Assembly: GCF_036321535.1 (NCBI RefSeq)
Contig: NC_087436.1
Location: forward strand, 63,118,001 to 63,182,000
Direction of reading: 5' to 3'
Length of the DNA: 64,000 nucleotides
DNA from: Camelus dromedarius
Taxonomy: Eukaryota
Both the position numbers and the translations under genes were made by a program. Each line of letters opens with the position of its first letter. Position 1 is the first letter of the stretch. Of this stretch, positions 24,739-37,269 are shown one piece after another. The notes beneath the pieces were generated by a model. It was not told where the DNA came from. It was given only the letters and a program-made list of their open reading frames with translations, and did not search any database.

Positions 24739-26047
24739 TGTTTTAACCATAATGCGACCAATGAGCCATGTTAGGGTGCCTCTGACTATTTTAGGGTAAA
24801 ATATCTTCGACAGATTATATATATTGTTTGTTTTGTTAGGAGAAAAGATTTCTCAAAAAGAGATCCCCTTAGATCCCCAAGGTAATTTTGTATCAGCTTG
24901 ACTTCTATGTCATCAGACAGTCCGAAGTAAAAAAACAAAAATTTAGTTTTAAACCAGTATTTTTACACTTCATATAAGCAAAATCTTAACTGAAAAACTC
25001 AATTAGTTAATCGTTGTGGTCTGTATTTTTCAAAACTATATAACAGAGTTTTCCAAACATAATAAACTAATACCAAGAATTAGTAACTTGGCCTTTCTAA
25101 AGAGTAAGAGCCCTTTGAGACTGGATCAGTCTTGAACCTGAAGCTGTCTTTGGAAGTTGCTGAACCACTTTGAACTATTATATTTGTACTTTTTTTGGCC
25201 AATCAAAATTATAGTATATTATTAGATAAATCCTGGTTATATAAAGGGCCACATTGCTTATAGTTTTATTTCATAGTGATTAAATCTATACTATTATCAA
25301 AATTATTTCAAAAAGTGAAGTTTGGAATATGTGGAGTCCACAATGGGTATACCTAATTTCTAATTTTCCAAATTGCTTTTACATATTTTCACTCGTTTCC
25401 CTTATATTGCTGCCATTGAGAAGGGCAATTCATTTTGTAAAGTTTTTTTTTTCCCAGTTTACCTCGTAATGAATTGATTTCATGCCTACCACATTTTTTG
25501 TAACATAACCTAGCTAAGCCAACCACATAACTAAACATGCTTAACTCATGAATTATTTTAAAAAAAACATATCTTCCTTGATCCTGGAAGTTGTTTTAAT
25601 ATAAAAATAATTTTTTTCCTAATCATTTATAAATAGGAATTTAAGTTATATTTACTGGTTCAATTAAATGGCATTGTCTTTGATGCTGTTATTTCAATGT
25701 GAGTTTCAGAGACATAATATATTTTTAATTTCTTCTTTGAAAATCTTAATATGAAGAGAATCTGAGTTATAAGTCCATATAAGCTATAAAGAAATTAAGA
25801 GTATCATTTTATATTTTAATATGCATATTGTCATTTTACCCTGAGCCCTAATCTTTGCTCAGCTGTAATATAAAATTAGTGTATGCAAGTGTGTGCATAT
25901 TTAATATCTAAATTCATTGTTTTATTAGTTCTCTGATGTAAATAAATACTCAATAAATACCTGGAGGAGTCATAATTCTCATGTGAGGTAGCAAGTAAGT
26001 TCTTAATTGAATACATGGCTGCTTAATTATTACTTCACATAATATTT

Positions 26048-26150
26048 TGTCTTAATTTGTTCAGGCTACCAAAACACAGTACCATACAGTGGTGGCTTAC
26101 ACAACAGAAATTTAGTTTCTCACAGTTCTGAAGGCTAGAAGTCTATCAGG
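26048..26150 (-). mobile_element. MLT1A/B LTR fragment
   Basis: ggtggcttacacaacagaaatttagtttctcacagttctgaaggctagaagtc. Confidence 0.7.
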
Positions 26151-27424
26151 TACATTTTTAATTCCCAAATCTCATATACTAATAAATACTATTTGGAAAC
26201 ATTTAAAAGGGCTATTTATTCTTGATCTAGATTTAGGTAGGCAGCATGCAACTCAACATTTCTCTGACCTCTTCAGTATATTTCAACATAATTCATTTTA
26301 CTGACTTCTTCAAGTTTATTCTAAGATTTGAAAGTTGCTACTGACTCTTTTCTAGATAAATCAAGTAAATGAGGTATAGCAAAGACTGTTCTGCCCTAAG
26401 TTGGCTTTCCAAAGAATGTGGTTATTTCAAGGAGGAATTGATACAGAAATATAGGGAGAATAATAAATTTCTCAGCAACAGAAATTTCCCTGTTCCTTAC
26501 TCCAGCAAAATTGTATCTGAAGCTACTACCTCTAGGTAATAATTTAGAACCAATTAATTTGCTATATATTTTATACAGCATGTTTTACCTGTAATTAAGG
26601 GAATTACCACTTTGGTACCTAGAAAAAACCTCACCAGAGGATTCAGAGTACTATATTCAAGTGTAAATAATTATTGCTTAGATTTCAATTATTTAAAAGA
26701 TTTCAAAGACTAAACAAGTTTTAAAAGATAAGGGATCAGTTATTGGAGTTATGAAAAATCTGGGCTCAAGAAATAAAAAAAAATTCCTGGGAATACAGGA
26801 TCACATTTTCATATAAAACCACTCACATTTAAATCCTGTGGTTAAGAGGACAAAGGGAAAATACCTCTCATGCAAGAATTATATTGCTAATGTGTATTAG
26901 ACATAAAGAAAAGAAGCAATTCAATCATATCCTATAATTTGGGAATTTTCTAAATATTTTCTCATATAGTTTAGCTTTTGTAATATTTTAATGTATCTTC
27001 CCTAATTCCAAATAATAATCCCTATACTTAGAAGCTCTAAAACCCCATTAAAATGGTTTGCTGAATATGTATGTGTATATATATGTTTCTTTCTAAAATG
27101 TTTGTTAATGCCTTTCCTTATGTCTCTGACTTCTTACTTATGAGCATGCAAATATGCATGTAAATACTTAAATGTTTGATTTTAATAGTAAATTTCACAA
27201 TACTAAATAGAAAGATGTGAAATTACTTTTACTTAATGCTTGTTTTTTATAAAAATTTATTTTTATAAATAAATTTTCAAGTAATATAATAGGGAAACAT
27301 ATTACTTTGTTACTTATAGATACTTATTATCATACATCTGAAAATCTCTTAGATTAGTAAATAGAACATCTCTTTCACTGCACGTATATGTGCATGCACA
27401 TGCTTCTTAACTTACTTTTGTTAT

Positions 27425-27620
27425 AATAAAAATTAAAAATAGAACTACTATATAATTCAGCAATCCCACTTCTGAATACATACATATTCAAAAGAAATGA
27501 AGTCATTATCTCAAAGAGATCTGCAGCCCCCATGTTTACTGCAGCATTTTTTACAGTAGCCAAGAACTGAAAACAACCTAAGTGTCCATGGACAGATAAA
27601 TGGCTAAAGAAGATATCATT

Positions 27621-27668
<48 letters not shown>

Positions 27669-27845
27669 GGAATATTATTCAGCCATGAGAAGGAAGGAAA
27701 CCCTGCCATTTGTGACAATGTGGATTGACCCTGAGGACATTCTTCTAAGTGAAATACAGAGAAAGGCAAATACAGAATGACATCATTCACATGTAAAATT
27801 TTGAAAAGCCAAACTTGTAGTAACAGGAAGATGGTGGTTAAGTTA
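27425..27845 (+). mobile_element. L1MA/MB ORF2 end and 3'UTR fragment with (CA)n at ~27624-27666
   Basis: atagaactactatataattcagcaatcccacttctg...aacaacctaagtgtcca...atggaatattattcagcca. Confidence 0.85.
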
Positions 27846-30639
27846 GACAATTTTCTAATTAAAAATATCTCCAGATAGTAAATATAGTTTTGAATTATTT
27901 ATATGTATTTATTTACATTATATTATTTACATATGATTATATATATTTATATGTGCATACATCTACCACCTCATATTTGATATAAATCAAACACTACTTT
28001 CAAAAAAATTAATACTTTAGATTTAATTTTTATAAAAAAGTGCCAAATCATATGCATTAAACAATTTTTATGAAAAATTTCTTATTCTGGCTGTTACTAG
28101 TCTAGTTTTTAACACATAATCAGTGTTACAGGTTTTTTTCCCATTTTTGTATACACAGTGTTAAGGAAAAGCTATTAAGTAGAATATGTTCTTTTACACA
28201 TGAAAGGTAGATGTTGAATAAATGTTGGTAAATATCTGCAAGATCAATTAAAAAATAATATCCTGCTAGTAATTCCAAATTGCAGACATAAGGAAAGGAA
28301 AGAAACTAATTGTATGTAGATTGGCATGTATCAATAAAAATAAAAATCCAGTAAAAATTTTTTGTTAGAGTTCAACATGTATTGGTTATTGTTTACAAGG
28401 GAATCTCACCACTAAAATAAAATATTTGTTAAAAAATAATCATCCTGGATACAGAGGCACTGCAACTAGTATTTTTGAGAAATTATCACTGTCTATTCAG
28501 TCTATATTGGCTAGTTACCTTTAAGGTTTCAAAGAATTAATACCATCCTTAAATTCAAGAGCAGTGAGAATTTCAGCATCATCTTTATCAAAGTATAGTC
28601 TGACATCAAATGATTTTTCTTGTTTTTTTGTTATTTGTTTTGTTATTGAGCTCCAGGGTCAACATATTTTCTTCTGAATTCTCAAAATAGAGTACAGCTC
28701 CATTTATAGTGAGTGAGCAATCAAGAACAACTCTTAACTGCTACAATACTTAAACATTTTCACATCTTACTATCTCTTTTGGAATGTATACAGTTTAAAA
28801 AATCTTTCTTGAAATTAGAAACAGATGAAATCACTCTTAAAAAATAAAGTTGTTGAGTCATTCTCAATTTGTTTTCAAATTTCAACACAGAGTTTCACTT
28901 TTAGATGATAGCACTCTCACGTTCTATGCACCTATACTTTGTGGAAGTAGTTTGCCAACTGTGCCCTGGCTGTTCCAAAGACCTAACTCCCTCAGGACCC
29001 TCCTGGGAGAAAGGGTGTAAGAGAGGGAAGACAGAGATGACATTGGATCACATTGTCTTTTTGAATGTGAGCAGCTCTGTTTTCACCCATGTTAAATATG
29101 AGGTTTCTAACTAATTGTTCTTTAAATAAAGTATTTTCTGATTAACACATCTTAAAGGAGTTGGAAAAATAACCACTGTGGCACATTTTTAAACTTTAAA
29201 TGAAAGGTGGGCTTTGTTTTATTATACAGTTACTTGATAGCTCAAGAATTCTCCTAAAATCATGGGAAATTCAACAACTTGGGTGTTGGAAAACTAGGCT
29301 TGGTCTACAGTTTTATGGTATCACTCACACACACACTAGCAGAGAAAAGAAGTCCAATCATGGAGACACAGTGTGAATCTTCCCTGAGAAAGTCAAGGAG
29401 TCTTTTAATTTCCTTTACAATTTCATCCATCAAAGAAGTTATATCTGTTACCATCCCTTTTACATAAATGATTATATTAGTATAAACAGACTTATTGTCT
29501 TTATAATACAAATTCAAACACGTCTACTATAAAGCTTAATTTTTATGAAATCTTATTCTTAGGATGAAATACCTACGTAATTTTTCTGATTGCCCATTTC
29601 CTTTATTTGCACAGGCTCTTAGACATGTTTCTATATGAATAAATAATCTGCAATATGAAAAAACCAGAAAAAGAAAAGAAAGGAAAATAAAACTTCTGTG
29701 GCCATTAATCACTAGGGTGAATTACATATCTCTATTTCATCAAAGCCATCAATTGAAAGACACATTATCCAGTTTATGCACTCCCAAGAAAGAAAAATAA
29801 ACATTACCAATTAAACTGTGTACATTATCTATGGTAGGACTGACACTAATTTTAGAAATATTATAATGTTAAGTGTATGTACCTATTACAAATGAAATGT
29901 AGAAACCATTCGATTTTTACAAACACACAACATAGGATGGATTATTAGTCCTCTTTCTAAAATGAGGAAAAATAGTACAAAGCTATAAGTAACAAGCACA
30001 AAAGTGAAAAATAATATATAATACAGTCAGAATTCAGAATCAAATTTGTCTTTATGGACCTCCTTCTCCCTACAGATTTCCACTTCTTACTGTGTTCACT
30101 GTTGATGTTCCACTGCTGTCTCACTTCTGCAAATACCTCTCTTAACTCTTATTTAATAGCCTTATATGCCATAATCTACTAAGTTATAATCTACTATAGT
30201 GGCATCAAGATATAATCAATGGAACAACCAAACAGTAGATTCCAATATATCCTTAAGTCATGATCACTAAGAAAAAGATACTCCTTCTCTATTCTAAAAC
30301 CTCAAGAAATGATTTTGAAAGATTCCATTTCATGGTATTTAGGCCAACTGTAGTACTTTGTACTTAATAGGCTTATAATGCTTTGACCATTTGGATAAAC
30401 TGTCAAAACAGCTATGGGGCTGAACATCCTAAGCGTTTTTAACCCATAAGCCACATAGCCCACATAACCCAATATATGTGGTTTTGGCTATACCTATCCA
30501 TGCACTGAGTGTAAATTTTTATTTTTTTGCTTTTTCTGTAAGAAATAAACTGAAGGATATAGCATCCTTTTTATAAATTTTAACACTAAGGCCTAATAAA
30601 ATACAGTCAATATCTTATATACTTAAACAAGTAGTAATA

Positions 30640-30875
30640 TTAATGTATGCAAATATTCATTAAATGCTTACTGTGAACCAAGAACTAATCTAATTGACTT
30701 TTTTTCTCACTAGTTTATTTACTTCTCACAACAAACATACAAGGAAGAAATAGCTATTATTATGCCCATCTTTTAGATAAGAAAATTAGGATTCAACAAA
30801 TATTCCTTGAAAGAGTTAAAATTGTAAACTGCAGAATTTATACTGGTTCCAAAGCTGAGACGTTAACCTATCTGC
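30640..30875 (-). mobile_element. MIR SINE
   Basis: aatattcattaaatgcttactgtg...tttatttacttctcacaacaaac...ttattatgcccatcttttagataagaaaattagg. Confidence 0.65.
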
Positions 30876-31039
30876 AATTTTTCTTTGCAAGGAAGAAGGA
30901 GAAATCGGCTGGAATGCTAGAGACCAGTGTTGAAGTTCAGGTTACAAAGTGAATACTGGAGACAGATCAAATCACTTTGCTTGACTAAACATGACTTTAG
31001 AAAATATTTGTCTTTAAACACGATTGTTCCAGGTTCACA

Positions 31040-31385
31040 TAAACTTTAGCACGGGTTTTCCTTTGGCTGTATTTCCTCCTCCCTTGCTCAATTTAACCCT
31101 GTTGGCCTACGTCTCCGTACTGACTCTGCATGAACATGCTCCTTTTGGCTCCCAAGTCTCCAAATTCCATTCCTCACGTAGACTGTGATGCTTTCTTTTC
31201 TGCTTCCGGAGCACCCTGTGCACACACCTATCACTACATTTAATTTACAATATTCCTCAAAGTCTCTGAATTGTTTAAAGCTGAAATGGTATCTTATTCC
31301 CCAAGTGTGAACAGAGAGCCTAGCCCCCATGAGCCTGGCATACGTGAATGTTAGATGAAAGAAGGAAGAAATGCATGAATGGACA
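31040..31385 (+). mobile_element. L2 3' fragment
   Basis: gcaccctgtgcacacacctatcac...gcctggcatacgtgaatgttagatgaaagaaggaagaaatgcatgaat. Confidence 0.55.
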
Positions 31386-31604
31386 TCAATTTACTCATTT
31401 ATATGATAAGGAATTGAGGATAGTTGAATGCTATAATTCTCCGTGGCTCTAAAATCCAGTCACTTCAGCCTTTGACACATTAGAGCACTCAGTAAACACT
31501 CAATATGAATCTTTCAACTTCAATCTCCATTACACATTTTGTTGCTTTCTTACTTGACAAAAGCCAAAGCACCTATGGCCTAAGCGTGGAATCCTTTTCA
31601 TTTA

Positions 31605-31930
31605 CTAGTCTCCACTGCAAATAATTAGGCCCTGTGATTAACATATTGCTGAGAAAATGTTGTGGAAAGAATTATACTACTTCTAGGTATGGCTCCTAAA
31701 AAGTTCTGATGCATCCAATGGGTCTCTTTGGCTCCTCAGTCACACTCATGGAGAGATCCTTAAAGACTGTATCATGGAGGCCCCAGGGGACCATAGAACA
31801 ATGAAATAAAACACCTTTAGCGTCTTGAGTCATTATTTACATGAGAGTGACCAGGAAATCCATGTGATCTGTGTCAGTATAGATAATCAAGAAATCTCAT
31901 AAATCTTTCTTGTGTAAGTCAATTAGATTT
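31605..31930 (+). mobile_element. Old MLT1-like LTR fragment (target of the adjacent L1)
   Basis: ggccctgtgattaac...ctacttctaggtatggctcctaaaaa...ataaatctttcttgtgtaagtcaattagattt. Confidence 0.4.
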
Positions 31931-31937
31931 TTTTAAA

Positions 31938-33579
31938 TTATTTTATTTTATGTATTTATTTATTTTTATTATTGAAGTATAGTAAGTTTACAATGTTGTG
32001 TCAGTTTCTGGGGTACAACGTAATAGTTCAGTCATACATATATGTGCATAATTCATTTTCATATTCTTTTCTTTATAGGTTACTATAAGATACTGAATAT
32101 AGTTCCCTGTGCTATACAGTGTGAACTTGTTTATCTATTTTATATTTATTAGTTATGGAAATACATAACATATGGAAATCTCAAAACTCCCAATTTATCC
32201 CTTCCCATCCTCTTCCCACCCTGGTAATAGTAAGTTTGTTTTCTATGTCTGTGAGTCTGTTTCTATTTTGTAAATTAGTTCATTTGTCTTTTTTGGGGGT
32301 TCCACATATAAGTGATATCATATGGTAATTTTCTTTCTCTTTCTGGCTTACTTCACTTAGAATGACAATCTCCAGGTCCATCCATATTGGCTGCATATGG
32401 CATTATTTTATTATTTTTTATGGCTGAGTAGTATTCCATTGTATAAATATACCAGAGCTTCTTTATCCAATCATCTGTCAATGGGCATTTAGGTCGTTTC
32501 CAAGTCTTGGCTACTGTATATAGTGCTGCTAAAAACATTGGGGTGCAGGTATCTTTTCAAATTAAAATTCCCTCTTGATATATGCCCAGGAGTGGGACTG
32601 CTGGATCATATGGTATGTCTACTTTTAGTTTTTTGAGGAATCTCCATACTGTTCCATAATGGCTGCACCAGACTACATTCCCAACAACAGTATAGTAGGG
32701 TTCCCTTTTCTCCACACCCTCTTCAGCATTTACTGTTTGTAGACTTTTTAATGATGGCTATTCTGACTGGTGTGAGGTGTTACCTCATTGTAGTTCTGAT
32801 TTGCATTTCTCTGATATTTAGTCATATTAAGCATTTTTTTCATATGCCTATTGGCCATTTGTATGTCTTCATTGGAGAACTGCTTATTGAGGTGTTCTGC
32901 CCGTTTTTAGATCGGGTTGTTTGTTTTGTTACTATTAAGTTGTATGAGCTGTTGACATTTTTCACAAAACTAGAACAAATAATCCTAAAATTTATATGAA
33001 ATCACAGAAGACTCAGAACTGCCAAAGCACTATTGAAGAAAGAGAATGAAGCTGGAGGAATAACCCTTCCAGACTTTAGACAATACTACAAAGCCACAGT
33101 AATCAAAATAGCATGGTACTGGTACAAAAGCAGACATATAGATTGATGGAACAGAAGCTAGTCAGTTAGTCTTCAACAAGGGAGGCAAGAATATACAGTG
33201 GAGTAAAAGACAATCTCTTCAGCAAATGGTGCTGGGAAAACTGGACAGCTGCACATAAATCAGTGAAGTTAGAATACTTCCTCACACCATCCACAAAAAT
33301 AAACTCAAAATAGCTTAAAGACTTAAACATAAGACAAGACACTATAAACCTCGTAGAAGAAAACAAAGGCAAAACATTATCTGACATAAATCTTAGCAAT
33401 GTTCCTCTAGGGCAGTCTACCCAGGTAATAGAAATAAAAGCAAAAATAAACAAATAGGACCTAATTAAACTTAAACGCTTTTGCACAGCAAAGGAAACCA
33501 CAAGCAAAACAAAGAGACAACCTAAGGAATGGGAGAAAATACTTGCAAAAGATGAGACTGACAAGGGCTTAGTTTCCAG
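31938..33579 (-). mobile_element. Young 5'-truncated L1 with 5' inversion (minus 31938-32953, inverted plus 32954-33579) and 13-bp TSD
   Basis: Poly-T and 3'UTR at left; ORF2 peptide PKCPLTDDWIKKLWYIYTMEYYSAIK; identical agatttttttaaa at 31925-31937 and 33580-33592. Confidence 0.92.
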
Positions 33580-34542
33580 AGATTTTTTTAAAATGGAAGC
33601 TAATAGTAATTACTGTAATTCAGAAGCAAAAAAAAAAATTCAATTTCTAGAAGACTAATTTTATTTATTTATAATTTGTTTTTTTTTTTTTAGCCTGAAA
33701 AGAACAAAGTATTGAGATTTAATTAACAATATCTTCATGTGCATTTTCCTGTTAGATTCTCTAATTATGAGTCTAAGCTGTGAATTTGTGTAGTCTTGGG
33801 TACATTGGTGCCCTTATTAATGGTAAGTGTAGAAACAGTAAAGTTCCAAATTGACAATAGATCCTTTAATAACCAATGGATGCTCAAGTATATGGTAGGC
33901 ATTTGTAGCCATATCAAAAAAAACAAAAACCACTAGGCAAAAAATTTAGAATTTAGAATGTTTATCTCTTGGTGGGTGGTATTATAAATATATATCAAAA
34001 TGCATTTGATCTCTCCCTACAGTTTCATTTTGCTTTGTTAAGAAGAGATGATATAAAACCAAAAATACAAAATACAACAGAAGGAGCCCACACTATATAG
34101 CATCATTTATGATAATTTTTTATCTCCAAGATCCAATATTCTACAAAGCTTGACATGTTTATCACCTTGTAGATTAAATTTTAACCTTCTGAACCATAAT
34201 AACAGATATCTTACATAGAAAAAATATGTAATTGATAATTATAATTCCTCAAGAGTCTTTAAAACCACAGTTCTTTTAGGTCATTATAGTTTAAATCAAT
34301 TGCTAAAGCACCTAATGTTGACACTGGAGTATTTAAAATATTGCACTTAATTACCTTTACAGGAATGTTCCTTTCAAATATTTCAGATGGAACTTATGAC
34401 AAAGAAGAAGTAAATTATCTCATAACTTACAATCTCAGTAAGTAATGATACTGACATCTAATTTTTCGTCTTAAATTTCTTTATTCACTTCTCTGCCTCC
34501 TAACATTTCACTGGCTTCTTGAATTGTCTCTTTGTTTGTATA

Positions 34543-35046
34543 TAGATGGCCCCTGAATTACAATGGTTTGATTTATGAGTTTTTGACTTCATGATGGTGT
34601 GGAAGTTATACTCACTCGGCAGAAATTGTACTTCAAATTTTAAACTTTGATTTTTTCCTAGGCTAGCAATACACAGTTTAATACTCTCTCCTTGTGATGC
34701 TGGACAGAGGCAGTGAGTCACAGCACTCAGCCACGTGATCACAAACATAAACAACAAATACACTCAGAACAATTCTGTACCCACACAACCATTCTGTTTC
34801 TCACTGTCAGTACAGTATTCAACATATTACAGGAGATATTCAAAATTTTGTTGTAAAATAGGCTTTGTGTTAGATGATTTTGCCTAACTGTAGGCTAATC
34901 TAAGTGTTCTGAGCATGTTTACGGTAGGTTATACTAAGCTACGGTGTTTAGTAGATTATGTATGCTAAATGCATTTTTGACTTGATATTTTCAACTTATG
35001 AGGGCTTTTTTGGGACTTAACCCCACAGCAAATTGAGGACGATCTG
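34543..35046 (-). mobile_element. Tigger5/MER47-like TcMar element
   Basis: TA-flanked degenerate TIRs tagatggcccctgaattac / gcaaattgaggacgatctg; internal ggctttgtgttagatgattttgcctaactgtaggctaat. Confidence 0.85.
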
Positions 35047-35054
35047 TAGAGACA

Positions 35055-35250
35055 GATGGAAAAAAGAGGAGAGAGAGGAGGAAGGAAGGAAGGAAGAGAG
35101 GAAAGAAGGGAGGGAGAGAGAGAGAGGGAAAAGAGAGAGTAAAGAGAAAAAAGAGAAAGAGTGAGGAAGAGAGAGGGACAGAGTGGGAGGGAGAGAGGCA
35201 GGAGGGAAAGGAGGAATAAAGGAAAGAAGAATGGAGAGAGGGAGAGAAAA
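35055..35250. repeat. GA-rich polypurine low-complexity tract
   Basis: About 195 nt of almost pure G/A with GGAA and GA units. Confidence 0.9.
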
Positions 35251-35816
35251 TTATTTTTGTGACGTGTATATAGAAAAGACCTGGAAGCACAAGCTCTCCA
35301 TTCAGAAAAAGAAAACAAGAGAAGAAAATCCACAGGTTTCACACAGCAGTTACATTTTAAAATATTCAAAACCTTGGAAAAAAATCAGAATGTCAGAAAG
35401 TTAGGCATATGTTGAGTGATAGGGCATCTGAGGTCACCCCTAGAGATCACTGTCTAAGTACAAACGGATTCAGTAATATATTTAAAACATTACAGTCAGA
35501 AAATGGATAATAAATGAAATAGTTTAAAGAGAAAGACCTTATTATCCTAGGTAGGAGGGAAAAACCTGAAAGCAGCATTATTTTTCTTTATTTTGTTTAA
35601 AAAATTGCAACTGCTGTATTGTCCAGAAGTCTTTGGAAACTAAGAAAAATTAGGTTAATAAACTTTGAGAACAATTGTCAGTGATGTAAAGAGCCTGTCT
35701 CAAAAGAGCATAACTTAAGTAATGACGCTAATATTGACACTTTTCAGTAGATAATAAACACAAATGTCTGTGCTCTAATAAGAACCTCCTTAATCTTTCT
35801 AACTCATTTTTAATGG

Positions 35817-35988
35817 TATGTATGTATGTATGTATGTATGTATGTATTTATTTATTGTAACTTTTTTTATTGAGTTAGTCATTTTACAATGTTGTGTTAA
35901 ATTCCAGTGCAGAGCACAATATTTCAGTTATATATGAACATACATATATTCATTGTCACATTTTTTTTCGTTGTGAGCTACCACAAGA
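35817..35988 (-). mobile_element. Short young L1 3' end with tail-associated (TATG)n at ~35817-35846
   Basis: tttttattgagttagtcattttacaatgttgtg...agagcacaat...gagctaccacaaga; same family as the 54660-54800 end. Confidence 0.85.
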
Positions 35989-36187
35989 ATGGCATTCATT
36001 TATATTTTTAAAAATCTGATTATCAGTACATGAATCAGCACAAATCTGTTCTCACCACCATCATGACTCTTTACCGCTCTGACACTTAGGATATATACTT
36101 CTGTCTTAGTCTCAATGTGTTTAATATTAAACAAAGAGGTTCTTCCCTTTAAATATCCTGACATCTTAAGTCCATTTTGATAAATCC

Positions 36188-36614
36188 TGTTCTGGACTGA
36201 ATTGTGCCTCTCCCAAATTCATGTGTTGAATGAAGTCTTACCCCCAGTACTTCAGAATGTAACTATATTTGGAGATAAGGTCTTTAACGACATGACTAAG
36301 TTCAAATGAAGTTTTTGCTTGTTTATTTGTTTCAGGGTGGGCTCAAATCCAATATGACTGGTGTTTTTATAAAAAGAGGCAATCTGGATACACACACAGA
36401 TCAAGTCACATGTGCACACAGAGGGATGACCATGTGAAGACACAGTAAGACGATGGCCATCTGCAAGTCAAGGAGAGAGGCCCCAGAAGAAACCAACTCT
36501 GTCAACTCCTTGACCTTGGACTTCCAGCCTCTAGAACTGTGAGAAATTAAAAAAAAAATGTTAAGCCACCTAGTCTATGGTATGTTGTTATGGCAGCCTG
36601 AACAGACTAATACA
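36188..36614 (+). mobile_element. MLT1B solo LTR
   Basis: TG...CA termini; ggactgaattgtgcctc...cagaatgtaactatatttggagataagg...ggacttccagcctctagaactgtgag; flanks aatcc/gatcc fit a decayed 5-bp TSD. Confidence 0.9.
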
Positions 36615-36777
36615 GATCCTAAGTTTTTCTCCTAATACTTACTAAATGTTGCAAAGAAAATGTACACAATTTTATCTCCTTTTCCTGAAAGGACCAATAT
36701 GAACATTTATGAGATAATGATTATAAAATGTTAGGAATTCATAAATATTCGAATTGCATTATTAGCTATGAACACTG

Positions 36778-37151
36778 TTTTTTTGTTTGTTTGATCTTAC
36801 AGGTATGTTTATTCATGCACGAGGGCAGCAGCACATCCACAAGTCAACGTGACATCCCATGTTCCCATCCAACACAGCCAGACTGAGGTTCCATCCACAT
36901 AAAGCTAGTTAATCATGACCACAAGCAGGCACAGGACTGGAAGCTTTCAAGTCTTTACTTCTTTTATGCGCACTCCTGATTTTATAAACAGTGAAGCCCA
37001 TCAACCCCACTGCTACCCCAAATCTCCTGGTAAACTTGGGTATAGTAGGGCTTCATGGGGATCCAAATATTCTTAAGGCTTCGAAGCATCTCAGCACAGG
37101 ACCAGAGGCTCAGGAAGTCCCAATCCAAAACCAACAACTCAGAAAGGTCAT
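36778..37151 (-). pseudogene. ATP5MJ: Processed pseudogene of ATP synthase membrane subunit j (6.8 kDa mitochondrial proteolipid; ATP5MPL/C14orf2/MP68)
   Basis: Minus-strand CDS 37089->36909 reads [59 protein letters not shown] after removing one extra G at ~37016-37019. It is intronless, has AATAAA at 36813-36808, an A-rich tail at 36792-36778, and TSD copies tatgaacactgttttttt (36767-36784) and tatgaacattgatttttt (37152-37169). Confidence 0.95.
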
Positions 37152-37269
37152 TATGAACATTGATTTTTTAACATTCAAATTTTTATTGGTCCATCATTTG
37201 GCTTTCAAATTAAGAGAGTATAGGAGATTAGAACATAGTTGAAAGATATGCAATGCCCTTCTTTCCTTT

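Noticed and set aside
27245..27280. AT-only quasi-palindrome
   Set aside because: Expected by chance in very AT-rich sequence
29305..29517. ORF with an amphipathic-looking stretch (MVTDITSLMDEIVKEIKRLLDFLRE)
   Set aside because: No recognisable family, no convincing splice sites, and no poly-A or TSD
33166..33564. 132-aa hydrophobic ORF
   Set aside because: Antisense reading of L1 ORF2
34965..35404. Leu/Ser/Pro/Phe-rich and Arg/Glu/Gly-rich ORFs
   Set aside because: Translations of the GA low-complexity tract
36991..37242. 83-aa plus-strand ORF
   Set aside because: Antisense to the ATP5MJ retrocopy and runs out into flank; incidental
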